DNA from: Octopus sinensis | Lineage: Eukaryota | Direction of reading: 5' to 3' | NCBI RefSeq assembly: GCF_006345805.1 | Contig: NC_042998.1 | Location: forward strand, 65,286,001 to 65,350,000 | Length of the DNA: 64,000 nucleotides | Part shown: positions 25,989-40,179 of the stretch, one piece after another | Position numbering within the stretch: the stretch's first letter is position 1 | How the letters are laid out: the number at the start of each line of letters is the position of its first letter | Notes under the pieces: generated by a model | The model's database searches: none | Told to the model about the DNA's origin: nothing | What the model saw: only the letters and a program-made list of their open reading frames with translations | Position numbers and translations under genes: made by a program

Positions 25989-27354
25989 ATATGTATGTAT
26001 GTATGTATATATTTATTAGTTATTTTCTTTAAGCAATTGGAAATCATTGCTGGAATAGAATTCAGTCTTAAGTGCTACACACTTAACTTTATTGAATAAG
26101 AACATTTCCGATGAGACACTTGAAATCTGTTGCACTAGCAGAAATGCAATTTAAATTGTGTGCATTATGGAAGAATAATATTCATGTTCGAAGTTATTGC
26201 TTTATAACGTTTGACATGAAGAAGAAAAATAATTCTATTCTCTCGTATGAATTATACAGCGTTATTGAGTCTCAAGCAATTCCTTTCTGATGTCATCTCC
26301 ACTAAATGGGATATGCATTCTATCTGAATATTCACAGCTCAATTTCATCTGAATATTCAGTGCTCCACGATTTTAAATCATTTTAAGGATACTGCCGTAA
26401 ATATAAATATTCTTTCCACGCGGTTAAGGTCACATATTTATAAGAAACAGGTTATAACCATATTGAACAATCACACCTCGTTTAACTTTATTGGAATATT
26501 CCGCAATAAATAGAATACAGAAAGTGAATGCTGTGTCCACAATTTCACGTAATTGCTTGTAAAATTAGCAGATTACTGAAATACAATTCAAAATCAGGAT
26601 TGGAACCATAGGATTGTGACATTTTCAAAGCACTTATTTTTCTGAGATATTGTATTTTATCTCGATTACATGGTAATAACGATGTCGCTAAAACTGGACC
26701 AACGCTGCTTTAATCTATTACCTAACTTCATAAACTCCAGAATTTGAGGTAACACGTATTAGTCGGCGCTAGCAAGAAATAATCTATGGAGAGATGTGAT
26801 TGTTAAAATATACACATATAACAAGGAAAAACGAAAAAGGTTTAATATGCTGGGCAGGTGAGAGAGGTCTATGCATCGAATAATTTTTATTTCAACAGGG
26901 AAAATATATTTCTTTAAACTGATGTGCTTCAATCATTTTCATGTATATTGATGTATAAATGTTGGGAAGAATAAAACAAAGACCTCCTAACAATCATTTT
27001 CGGAATGCTGTTATGTACAGCACGAGAAGGATTGTTATTTGTAGTAGCAACATCTACGCTTACATTATACAAAACAATGCAAGAGATAGAGAGAGAAAAA
27101 GATATATTCAACAAATTGTGGTGAAACAAGGAAAATAACAGGAATACAAATCATATACAAAATATTCTTTCATTTAGTAACACATTTGCCTTTACTTTCT
27201 CTTACAGTTCTCTCTTTTCAGATATTAATTCTGTGAAGGAAACGTGTTTTACAAGAAAAAAATAACGGCGCATTCGACGTTTGGGTATCTCCTTAGTGAA
27301 CGTGAACTTGTACATGTTTCTTTATGATGTCAACTGTGTATGATCAATGACTAG

Positions 27355-27545
27355 ACCAGTTCTATATTCAAGAGATGAGGAATTATGTACATTATTTATA
27401 TTATTTACATTTGACGGATATTTGTCCTAATCATGCTGGTTGTTAACACAACGTCTCGGCTGATTTATCCTCCAGCCTTTCATCAGGTGCCTTGGGGAAA
27501 TTTCAAACCTGGGTTCTCATTCCTATTGTATTTTTCGATGCTGCT
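27355..27545 (-). repeat. Interspersed repeat with degenerate hammerhead (family of 32545-32700)
   Basis: Minus strand GGCAC-CTGATGA-AA-GGCTG..CAGCC-GAGA-CG-TT-GTGTT. Confidence 0.65.
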
Positions 27546-30500
27546 GTTATTATCATTATTAATATTATTATTATTATTATTATTATTATTCTATGTTTGA
27601 CTTTTGCTCTATGTTTGTACAAGTTGTCTCCAAGTCTCACCCAGAGACCTCAAGATACAACAGATTGGAAGTTCACGTTGGTGTTATGCCTAGTGTGCCA
27701 TATATTTGGTTTATTTTGTGTTGTACTAGTGAATGTCTAATAAATAAATTTTTAAAACAATAAAAAAAAGTTTGTTTTAAACTTTGAGATTACATAGAGA
27801 GTATTTTGCGTAGGATATGAGCAGTTCCCATGAGCACTATCTTTTGAATTTCTGCCATTTTGGGGTTTCCTGGCCTCTGAGTTAGGTAGCAATCAGCCCC
27901 TTCCGCTATCATTCCCAGGGCATTTTCAAGCAATGTAGGTGGATTGTGTTCCCACCAGTATTTTTTCATGGGGCAAATCCAGGTTTTTGCAAATTATCCA
28001 GTGAATATATTGTGCTGCTCTATCATGCCTATTGAGGTACTCTGTAGGCGCTAGAAGACTGCATTTGGAGACAACATGATCAATGGTTTCATTTTGTTGT
28101 CGGCATACACGTCATGTTGGGCTACTGCCGTTCTTTAATATGTTGGCCTGGTAGTTTCTTGTTGGTAGGCATTGATCTTGAGCTGGTATGATAAACCCTT
28201 CTGCTTCAGATTTTAAGCCAGAGGTCATTAGCCATTGCTGGGTCAGGGCTTTGTCAATATCTGCATTATTCGCTCTCTTTGGGTATTTGCCATAGAGAGG
28301 TTTTTCCTGCCATTTAATATTCAGAATATCTAAGGCCGCAGTTTTGGTACGGGTTTTCATGCGCCTAGCTTTTTCTGTGCTTGTTTCTTGTATGTCTATC
28401 TCTAATTCCGAAATTTGTTGTATTCGGAATTCACTTAGATATTCCTTTGCCTGTTTTGTTACTGAGTATTATGCTTTCTTGTTTTCATGTTTTGAGACAA
28501 GTTTTAACATTCAGTCCTCAGACTTTTTCAGGTAGGTGTCTAGGCCAATTGTAGCAATCGTCATTTTTATTGTCATTTGCAAAAGACCACGCCGCCCTCT
28601 TTTCTTGGCAGATAAAGTCATTCTGTATCTGCCTTAGGGTGGTGCATTATATGCATTGTCAACAGTTTTCTTATTTTTCTGTCAAGCTGACATATTTCAG
28701 TAATTGACCAGTTAACGATATTGAAACTGTAAGTCACGACTGCTATGGCTAATGCATTGATCGCTTCGATCCTGTTTCTTGCATTCAGCTCTGTCTTGAG
28801 TATTGCTCTCACTCTTCGTTAACATTCTCTCCTGATTCTTTCCTTCATCTGTGAATGCCTTATTCCGTTCCCTTCAATTACCCCTAGTTACTGTAGTTCT
28901 CCGCTGGGTCTAGTTCTTTTATGACATTCTGCTGGTCAAGGTTAACGTCAGATGTTTCTGTCATGTTTCCTTTGATAAAGGTAGATTTTGCACATTTATC
29001 GAGGCCGATTTGCATTCTGATGTCGTCACTGACTTGTTTGACTATCGCTAGTAAGCCCTTGACTTGTTGGTCATTTTTTGCAAAAAGCTTTAAATCATCC
29101 ATGTAAATGAGATGATTTATATTTTTATCAAACATTTTATACCAGTACTGCGCGTCATTGAGCAGTTTTGAGAGAGGTATCAAGGCTAAACAAAAGAGGA
29201 GTGGTAACAGTGAATCGCCCTGGAAAATGCCACATGAAATTTTTACATCACCAGCATTTAGGGATTCATTGTCACTGTTAAGAGTTAGTGTGGTTCTCCA
29301 TGATCTCATACTTACAGTCAAAAAGTTTCGAAGAGAAGGTGCTATCTTATACATTTCCAGGCATTTCCTAATCCAGCTATGTGGTAGGCTATCAAAAGCC
29401 TTTTTTTAGTCTATCCTGGCTATTGATAAGTTTTTGTGTCGTTTGTGACAATCTTCTAAGATCATCTTATTGATGAGTAGTTGATCTTTACAGCCGTAGG
29501 ATCCACGTTTACATCCTTTCTGTTCATTAGGGAATATGCTGCTGTCTGTTAAAAAACTACAAGTATATTCCGTCAGGACAGATGTTAACGTTTTATACAT
29601 AGTTGTTAAGCAGGTTATGGGTCTATAGTTTTTTGGTTCATTTGTTTTTTCACTTTTTGGAAGCAAGAATGTTAACCCATTAACTAGCCAAGGAGGCATC
29701 CTACTAGGGTGTTGCAAAACATCATTGCACAGTTCTGTTAGCAGTTCATGGCTCTATGGGAAGGCATTCAGCCAGAAGTTAGGAATTTTATCCTTTCCAG
29801 GAGACTTCCATTTGACCTCCTGAGAGCAGATCTTATATTCTCTACCTTGACGCCCTCCCACTTTTGCTCTTCTAAGGGGTCCAGTTCTGTAGATATTCTG
29901 TCAATCCAGAGGGACTTTTCGTTGTGTGTTTTTTCTTTTGCCCAAATTTTATTCCAAAATCCCTGCACTTCTTCTTTTGATGGTACAGACCTTGCAGTAA
30001 ACGCTGTTTTTCCTATCTTCCTGTAAAATTCATGGGGTTATTTTTTAACATGTTGTTGTCCTTGAAAAATCTAACACGTTTTTCATACCTCGCTATCCAG
30101 GCAGCTTTGGCAGATACCCTTTGTTTGAGGGTTTCTATGGTGGCATCAATATCAAGTATAGTTTTGATATTGTATTTTTTCAGTAATTTTGGGGGTTTTG
30201 TTGGTTTGGTAGTCTTGTGAACCTTAAGGTTTTTCAAATATTCAATGTCAGATCTAAATAGTTTAATTTGTTGTTGCAAACGCTCTTGCCAAGAAGGCTT
30301 TTTGTGGGAATGTTGCCGTTTTCTAATCTTTACACCACATAGGATCGTTGAGATTTTCGCAGATGCATAGTATAGGTGGTTGAGATTTGTGATATCAACA
30401 TCATTAGCTGAAATTCTATCCTTAAGTGCAAGCCGGATTTTACTAATTATTTTCATGTTTTGGTTAGAGTTTCGGATTTTAGGGAGTGTATCAGGTTCAT

Positions 30501-31450
30501 CCATGCTGGTTTCTTTAATTTTCAGCCATTCAATCATGATTTGATTTTTTAGCTCATGTAGTTCTGTTGGGTTAATATTTGTGTTACTTTCTTTATCTAT
30601 TTATTGTTTATCTGTCTTAGTGTTTATGATTGGTTCAGGGGGAATTTCACTTTGCCTATCAGTTATACTAACTCTTTCAAACCTTACTTCGTTTTTATCA
30701 GCCCTGGGCTGGTCTATAATTAATTCCTCTGTATTATCTTCTCTAGCTGCAGCTTCGTTCATTTTATCCGATATTGCTTGTCTAACTTGATCAATCTCCA
30801 CTTCAGTCAGTAATTTTTTTTTATAATGTTTCTTCTGACGTTGGCAAGTTTGTTACTGTCTATGTAGGGTCTTACTTCAGGGTGTTTCTGTCTCCAGTTT
30901 AGGTATGGTTGTACAGTGTTAGATTTATCTGTGGGGAAATATATGGTATGGTAGAAGGCCGAAAGAACTTCTTTATTATCTTCCCTAGACAATGTTTCCT
31001 TCTTTTTCTTTTGATTATTTGGTGACGAGCATGGATGGCCATCTGTTGGAATTTTCCAGTTGTGGGGTACGTCCAGCTCCTGTGTGTTAGGAAGATTCGA
31101 TCCAGTAGCTGATTTTTCAATCACAATTTGGTTCAATTTTCGGGTACGTGGTCTTTTGTAATCCGCGCGACGACCAATGCGGTTTATAGTTTGATTTGTT
31201 GACATTGAAGCATGACGAGCTTCCATTCTTACATTAGGAGATGGATCTGTCAGTTTAGGGTCCTCTACACGTAAGCATTGCTCGTAGCGCAGCTTCTTAA
31301 GGCTAACAGATCTATATTCGTCTGTATTTTTTGTTGATAGATTTATCTCGAACATTTTTTCTTCTCTTCCTTTTTTCCTCTCTCTTTCATTCTTTATCCT
31401 TCTTCCCCTTTTTCCCTCCTTCTTTTCCCTTCCTCTTTTAAACTTATAAA
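27545..31450 (-). mobile_element. Near full-length but fragmented R4/Dong-clade non-LTR retrotransposon with (AAT)n tail
   Basis: Collinear minus-strand ORF pieces from 30807-31355 to 28112-28360: N-terminal EDNKEVL..KLANVRR, NYRPITCL, RGSYGCKDQL, GIFQGDSL, YMDDLKLF, GLKSEAEG; ends LSM* at 27790; tail 27545-27590. Confidence 0.9.
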
Positions 31451-32350
31451 AGGCTCACTCTGCCTGTATTAGTTCGAAATAATGAGAATAAAATAAAATA
31501 CAGAGAAAAAAAAGAAAAAAAGGAATCTTCTCAGTTATTATTGTTATTACTATCACCATTATCACCATCACCATCATCATCATCAACATCACCATCACCA
31601 TCATCATCATCAATGATATTGTTTTATGTGTAGTCACAGCAGTATCTTATTATTGGTATATTTGTTCCTATCATTTTCACAATCATCACCACTACTGCCA
31701 TTGTGTGGGGAAGTAGTTGGTTAAAGTGGTCATGATCTATGGGTCTATAAATAGATTCAGCAGATGGTGGAGAGATAGCCGAATAGACAAAGGACATTAA
31801 TGGTCAGTAAAGGTCAAACCTGTTTACATTTAATTTTTTTTTCCTTTCTCTTTTCTTCCTTTCCACATACATATGTATATGTATACTCACACACACACAT
31901 ATTATCTGATGTTCACGTCGATGATATTTTAAAATTTCTGAATTCAATGGTATGTATATATTTTATAAATTTCTGAATTCAGTTGTATGTATATATTAGC
32001 AGGTGCTTACTTCCATAATTATTTATCGTGCATTTAGTTGTGTTGTTACAATAAAAGGCAATTTAAAAGGCAATTTTACACATTCTAATAGTCATGAGAA
32101 ACGACTAAATGTTCACACAAAATTGGAGATATTTATGTTTTATATTTTTCTTGTTAGGTGTTCGTTTGTATGAGCTGTAGATAAGTAAGTTCCTTAACTT
32201 ATTTTGAGGGAAATTCAAATTACTCACAGAAAACAGTAGATCTTCCAGTTTTCTACAGTTGTTTTTTTCAGTTGTCCTGCTGGGTTAGCTTTTGCCAGTT
32301 CAGAGCATCGAAAAAATACGTCCATCCTCTGTCACGTCCAGCCGCCTCCT

Positions 32351-32537
<187 letters not shown>

Positions 32538-32544
32538 ATCATAA

Positions 32545-32700
32545 AATGGAAAAATACCTTAGGAATGAGAACGCAGGTTCATAATTTCCCCTGATGAAGG
32601 CTGGAGGGTATATCAGCCAAAACGTTGTGTTAAAAACAAACAAGATGAAGACAAATATCCGTCTAATATAAATAAAGTAAACAATAAACATAAGTTTCTT
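32545..32700 (+). repeat. Interspersed repeat with degenerate hammerhead (family of 27355-27545)
   Basis: CTGATGA-A-GGCTG-gagggtatat-CAGCC-AAAA-CG-TT-GTGTT at 32591-32631. Confidence 0.65.
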
Positions 32701-32769
32701 TATGATAATCGCAATGAAACCCCGTTATTCATGTATATAAAACACTGGGTGTATTGAAAGAAGGTCAGC

Positions 32770-33310
32770 GGTTTCGAACCTCGGACTAGTATTCAACTAT
32801 TACATATTCAACGACCCCGTAAATGTGAGATCGAATGTCAATCAAGGCGGAATTTGAATTCGGAACGAAAAAAGAGTAGAAGTGCCGCTAAGATTTTGTC
32901 CCGTGTGATGACAATTCTGTGGGTTTGCCGCTATTTTTAGCGTTAAGAAGTGCTTTCAAACTTCGGCACAAGGCAATGGTATAGGCTAAATCGGTTGCAT
33001 TGACCCCCCACTGCTCAACTGCTACGTATATTATCGAACCCGAAAGCATGAATGGCAAAGTCGATCTCGGCGCCCTTAGAACTTGGAACGTGAAACTTAG
33101 AACTTAGAACGTGAAAACGGACGAAATGCCGCAAAGCATTCTACCGACATGCTAGCGATTCTACCAGCTCCCAAAATTTTGACACAGGGCCATTAATTCC
33201 TTGGTAGGGATAACATCGATTACGCCGATGCTATTATTCGAATAGTATCATTTTATCGGCCCACAAAAGATGAAATGAAAGTCGATATCATCGGGGTTTT
33301 TGTAGCATTA
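32770..33310 (-). mobile_element. Cluster of about three decayed SINE copies (family of 60025)
   Basis: Repeated GCGGAATTTGAA, GGCAAAGTCGA, GAAATGCCGC(T/A)AAG and CGATTCTACCAGCTC blocks. Confidence 0.55.
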
Positions 33311-33923
33311 AACTTTAGAATGATATTTAAATCACGACGAAAGATATTTGAAAATAGATAAAAATCACACCAGTGCGCTTTATCAAAATTCGCCCAAATG
33401 TCCTTTTCCTTTCCTTACGCAGCAATTCTTTTGCTCATAAAAATGCTCCATTACCAAAGCTTACCATTATTAACTATACTACGAAAATTAAAAGTCATTA
33501 ATATTATGCCATTAACAGATAATACTCTTTCACGTCATCAACGAGTTGCTTATGAAGTCGAAAGTAATTCTCAACAGCAATGGACAAATCTTCTATAAAA
33601 AAAGAAGGCTTGGTTCAAGCGTGATATATTGCTCAAGTGAGCATATTACATTAACATGTAAATTACTTCAAATCAATCGATGTAAAATACATATACAGGT
33701 CAGCAATAATTACATCAATATTATTTGGTCAAAAGATAGGGATCACTTAAAACAGTTTTAGTGAGGATAAATTAATGTTTAAATATGATTATTATTCCAA
33801 ATGTATATAAATATTCAATGAAATTGCCCCAAAGCGTTTACGGATATATGTGTAGTTTTTAAGGATTAAAATGTGAAATAAAGTTAATTTAATGCGTGAA
33901 GGCGAAACTTGTGTGAGATATTT

Positions 33924-34110
33924 GGCGCAGGAGTGGCTGTGTGGTATGTAGCTTACTTACCAGCCACATGGTTACGGGTTCAGTTCCACTGCGTGGTACC
34001 TTGGCCAAATGTCTTCTACTATAGCCTCGGGCCGACCAAAGACTTGTGAGTGGATTTGGTAGACGGAAACTGAAAGAAGCCCGTCGTATATATATATATA
34101 AATATATATA

Positions 34111-34171
<61 letters not shown>

Positions 34172-34385
34172 ATATGTTTCTGTGTCTGTGTTTATCCCCA
34201 ACATCGCTTGACAACCGATGCTGGTGTGTTTAAGTCCCCTTAACGTAGTGGTTCGGCAAGAGAGACCGATAGAATAAGTACTAGGCTTACAAGGAATAAG
34301 TCATGGGGTCGATTTGCTCGACTAATGGCGGTGCTCCAGCATGACCACAGTCAAATGACTGAAATAAATAATAAAAGCAAAAGAA
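33924..34385 (+). mobile_element. Full-length tRNA-derived SINE with internal (TA)/(TG) microsatellite
   Basis: GGCGCAGGAGTGGCTGTGTGG head, GGGTTCAGTTCC B-box-like, tail GGCGGTGCTCCAGCATGACCACAGTCAAATGACTGAAA. Confidence 0.85.
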
Positions 34386-37239
34386 AGAAACATATTTGAA
34401 AGAGTTGAATTTATAAAATAAGTAAATTCAAATTCTTTATGTCTTTCTTGTTTTTCTTCTTGTTCCTCTTTATGTTCTGGGAAGTATGCCAGAAAATTAT
34501 CCCGTGTTATATGTCCTCCATTAGGGCGTTGTAGCTTCTTATATTGTTTACCCCATTGTAATTCATGAAGAAAAAAAGACACTGACCGCTAATGTAAAGT
34601 ATATTTGTTTTCCTCTTCCAAATTGTATATTACACATCCGGACAAAATTATAAATAATGTATTAGAATACTAAGTCAATATTAAAATACAGAAATTGTAC
34701 AATAATGTTTCTTTGTAAAGGGAACGGAATAAAAACCATATTTGTGTCGACTAACGGGTAAATTGTCATGTAGTTTTCATTTTAATATTTGCATGAAAGT
34801 AGTTTTAGTGCTGTATGCTACATAAATCAGAGAAAGGATATCAAAAGAGAAAATTAAATCCCGTTTGAAGAATATCAAGAGAAAACTTTACTCGGGTTTG
34901 AAACTTGATATGTGTGATCCTAAATGACCACCGTTTCTCGCAACAAGCACACATATCTCACTTAATCCAGATTGTCAAACATTCACTCGAGAAATTATAT
35001 TAGTTACCACTTGAATTTTGTTAACTTACATCTGCAAAAATTCAATGTACACATTTGAGGGAAATGTAAACACATTCTTGAAATTTTATATTACTTTTAG
35101 CGACAAAATCTTCGAATTATTACGAGTGACTTGAAAAGTATTTTTATAATTTTATTTTACCCGTTATCCATTGCACTCAGTATCTGAGATACTTATAGTT
35201 AGATGCAAAGAATTCACTATTTTTACTTTGAACAAATGCATAATTTCCACGACTAATTCCTAACCTTTTGCTCTTTCATTTACCTTTTATCCTCTGCTGC
35301 ATAAATCTAACTTGTTCAGATGCTCCTAACATATTTCCATATACGTGTCGAATATTAATATTTCATTTGGTTTTATTATATACGAAAACTAATTTCCGCA
35401 ATAGTACAATATATATCGCAGATTTCGTAATATAATATATCACCCACTTGCAAAAATAACCTATTATACTTTAAAGTGCTCTCGGGATTTGTACCAAATA
35501 TAACACTTCTATATAACTGGAAGGATATCTCAGCAATAATTTCAGTGTGAATAAAATCTCGATTTATTAGCTAAGAACATAAACTTGTTCACAATTTCAC
35601 TGTATCTTACATTATTCTAACACTATATTGTTCAACGGTTTTTAATAAACCAACAAATTTCACACATCGATAAGTCCCTTACTCAACGATGCGAGATTAA
35701 GCAAAAACTGTGCCTTCAGTGTATTAGCATTTGCTGTAGCAATATATAGTGCACAGTCATATATTTACATATATCCATCGTAATGCATTTCCTGTGTGAG
35801 ATTGTGTATTATTCTAAGGTTTGATAGTAATTCGTTGTTAACATTTCTCATGTATTTCCTCAACCCTCATATTCTCTGTTGCTTTTTATAATGTTTTTAT
35901 ATTTTCTCATATCCTGTGTGGCATTAAAATACGTATTTTAAAGATAAATATTACAGATTATTTCGTACTGTTCAGAATATTGACATGCGGCTTATATACA
36001 TCCATATTCGAAGATGAATCACAATTAGATCCAATATTTTGCACTGCGAAGAATTTTGCAAAGTTTCCAGAAATTCAAATTAGTTGATGTGTAATTGATC
36101 TCTTATTATCATATTCTCACCTCTTTTACAGACATTTATGTTACTATCTTTAATCAGCAAAACTTATATCTACTTTAAAATCCAAAAATCTAAAAAAGAA
36201 AACGTAATTAAACATGCCGCATTGTTATTCTTATAAAACATGGAAAGAAGTGAAATACTTAATAGTGATATTTCTCACCCCAAATCACATAACATCTACG
36301 AAAACGCATTTTCTTTTAACGAGATAATAATATACGCAATATTTATATTACTTGTTCTCATTTCATCAAATTTTACACCAGTAGTTATTTCTGGAGGCAA
36401 GACTTGATTTATTATCATAATCAAATAAAAAATGTGATTGAAATTAAATATTTACGTTTGATACACTACATATTATTGCATATTAACATGAATGGTAATG
36501 GCATACATCAGCATACACGCACATCCACGCGCGCACACATGCGCTTATAACAAGGGTTGAAAATGTGGATTAAGACAAAGAGATGGCTTTCATGATAAAC
36601 TCTCCATTCGGAAACATTTATCACTTAATGTAGTAATACATCGTGTAATGCAATTTTTCTGTGTAGCAGACAATATAGGAAATACAAGTATCAAATGTTT
36701 TTCATGAGGTGTGAATACAATATAAAATCGTGTATGAGATACAAAAATGTTTTTCCGTTTGATTTCCATTTGATTACAGCTGTTTCGTAATTTTCTCCGT
36801 GGAGTACTATTGATTTCAGCAAGACAAATTATGCGTACGCATTCGCATCAATAAGTAACGACGGAGTTATAAAATATTATATGTACAAGATAATGCAACT
36901 AACAGTAACAATCTGATGCTATTTCTTGGGTTTGCTGTATTTTAGAACGAAAATTTATCGGAGGTATAAGCAAGAAGCAAAAAATAAATTAACAATATTT
37001 GTTACGGACATTTACTTCAAAAGAGTTGGTTATTTTTAGAATAGTCGTCTAAGTACGTTATTCCAATAATAAACCAACGTCGGTTGTCAAGCAATAATGA
37101 TGAGGTGGGGGACAAAAACAGAAGCTCACACACATAAATATATCAAATCTGCTGAGGTATGCTAGCTTCCGTGAAGGTACAATTAAGCAAATACTTCATC
37201 ATGAAGCACGCACACACACACACATAAACACACGCACTT

Positions 37240-37470
37240 TCGCCATGATAGACCGTTAGCCACAAGACTTTTTTCTATTTTTTCTGTTTTCTACTTTCTT
37301 TCCATTTTCTACTTTCTCCCTCTGTTTATTTCTGTGTTCCGTTCTGTTGAAGAGCATAAGCTCGAAACGTAAAAGACTTTCTCAATTTCCGAGCGTTAAT
37401 TTAATATGTCTGAATGTTGGTTACACACCCGTCTTCATCTTTTGTTTTTTTGTAGATTCTCACTATAGAT
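37240..37470 (+). repeat. Interspersed repeat with hammerhead-like motif (A6U variant)
   Basis: CTGTTGA-A-GAGC-ATAA-GCTC-GAAA-CG-TA-AAAG at 37344-37375. Confidence 0.6.
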
Positions 37471-37590
37471 ATATATGTGGGGGGCTGCATGCATATATAT
37501 ATGTATATATATAATATATATATATAAATATATACATGCATATACATACATATATGTATATATGTGCATACATATATACATGCATTATAT

Positions 37591-37643
<53 letters not shown>

Positions 37644-37645
37644 AC

Positions 37646-37700
<55 letters not shown>

Positions 37701-38641
37701 TGCATGCGTATTCAATCGATTATTTTTCAGTTATGAATGTATTTTAACCGAATCTATGCCGTAGAAATCATAAAAAAGCCGCCTCAGTCTTACGCTTGTG
37801 TATTCCCTCAAGAACAATTTTATTGGAATTTCAGCAACGATCGATCGATGCAGAGCGATCAACTTACAAGATTCAAACTGATTTGAAATATACAATCTCC
37901 ATTCAGCAAGAAAGATAAATATAACAGATATAGTCATTCGGAAATCAGCTCAAAGTTCACACTTTATTGTTGACCTAATGATTTCGTTGACGTGATGCTT
38001 TAAGGCAACATATGGATTACATCGAAATATCAAAATTACTAAACTCGAAACTGTATTAGTGCTAAAAGTAAGATTATAGCGCAAATTTTCTGTATAAGAC
38101 AAGAGTTTCGGTTAAACAATATGAGGAAATCAATAAAGAAAAGTTCTAGTTTATGTATTTTTCAGATTGAGAAAAAAATACTGCCATTTATTATGTAGAC
38201 TTCTGATTAAATGTTTACGGATCCGCAACACGCATAGTATATGAACCTAAATACACATGCTCAAACCACATGCACACACGCACACACGAACAGACGAACA
38301 CGCATAGAGTTTAATGCTCCGTTAAAGTAAGATGTACAATAATGTACTCTATACATTGATGATACATATGTGTATGTGTGTATGTGTGTGTGTGTGTATA
38401 ATATGTAATTCTCACTATATTCTGAATTTCTATCAACTTCTATGAAAGGTTATTTGGATTTACTTGTCAGCCATGAGGATTTACCAGGACCCTGTATTCT
38501 TACATTTTCTGATATCTTATTGTTGAATATTGGTTACCAAACCCTTTTAATACTGAGTAACTTATTGATGCATGCCAGAATATTTAATTCCATTTTTTCG
38601 TAGACACCTGCCTTCGTCATTTGGTATTTCTTTGTAAATTC

Positions 38642-38700
<59 letters not shown>

Positions 38701-39024
38701 ATACATAAATATATATATATATACGTATATGAATATATATATATATATATTTGCATGTATATACATATCTATCTATCTCAATGTATATATGCATACATAC
38801 TTCTATACATACATGCATACATATATACATACATACAAGCACATATGCATACATGCATACATATATTGACATACCGGTATTTACACATACAGATAATGAA
38901 ATTATATGCGTCTATAATCACACTCAACGTTACTCCCTAAGGCGCGCACTTGCAAAGATTTTGAGGTCGATGGATCGGCAGATAGACAGACAGACAGTCC
39001 GAGAGACCGACATACAGACAGACA

Positions 39025-39167
<143 letters not shown>

Positions 39168-39302
39168 AGTTAAAGTAAATCATATTTTGACACAAATACA
39201 TATGAGTCAATAGATAATACATTTAAATTATAACAGTGTCTTGCATCATTGACTGTTGTAGTTTTATGTTGTAGTATTGACCAGGTATAAATACAAATAT
39301 GT

Positions 39303-39595
39303 GAAGGCACATGGCTTAGTCATTAGAGCATTCGACTCCATACTGTAAAGTCGTGTGTTCAATTCCAGCCGATACGTTGTGTCCTTGAGTAAAACACTTA
39401 ATTTCACGTTGCTCCAATATGTGTTGTGGCTGTATTTCAAAGGGTCAGCTTTGTCACATTATATGTCACAATGAATATCCCTGAGAAATATGTTAAAGTT
39501 AAGCATGTCTTAACCACTTGCACATTAATTTCTCGAGCAAGTCGTTCTGTTCATCGCATTAGGTAGGACCTTCGTCGTCGTAAACGACGGAGAGT
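39303..39595 (+). mobile_element. Decayed tRNA-derived SINE
   Basis: GAAGGCACATGGCTTAGT A-box-like, GTGTTCAATTCC B-box-like, TCCTTGAGTAAAACACTT; related reverse fragment near 55950-56030. Confidence 0.65.
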
Positions 39596-40179
39596 CCATT
39601 TCAAATACAAATAGACTATTTCTAGTGCTTTCTCTGTGTAAACATTTCTTTTTCTTTTCCTCGTATAACTGTTTTCCATATTGGAGAAAAAAAAACTACA
39701 ATATTTAAACATATGAACAATTCCGTGCATACCAATTCTTATACGTTCTTTTAAGTTTATATTAAAACGAGACTCCAAGTTGATACATTGATAATACTTC
39801 GATGACCTGATGTATTATCTTGGTTCTCTGTTTAGTCACTATTTTCAAATTGTTCATATATTCAGTAAACCTTTCTCTTAAAGAAAAGATTTAAATACTG
39901 TTCACTTCATGACGGGAAAATTTTTACATACAATATATATTAGTCTGACTGTAAACATTTGTGTTTATTGACATCTGCTGCCATTTTGCTCTATGTTGCA
40001 TCTAACTAGTACACAACAAGTAGAGACAATTCTAATGTAGGGTTTCGGACGACCGACGGAACAAACTTACCCTTGCCTAGATTCTATCAGATACTCTATA
40101 CATATATTGCACCACTTCTACAAGCTACGAATAAGTGATAGGCACGTACGATGCGTATTCTCCACATACGTAAGTATAC

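Noticed and set aside
33480-33600. Peptide KLKVINIMPLTDNTLSR resembling hAT/Buster transposase
   Set aside because: Too short and no further motifs found nearby.
36760-36860. Possible host exon (..TTACAG / ..GTAACG)
   Set aside because: All three frames from the first acceptor hit stops, and there is no homology signal.
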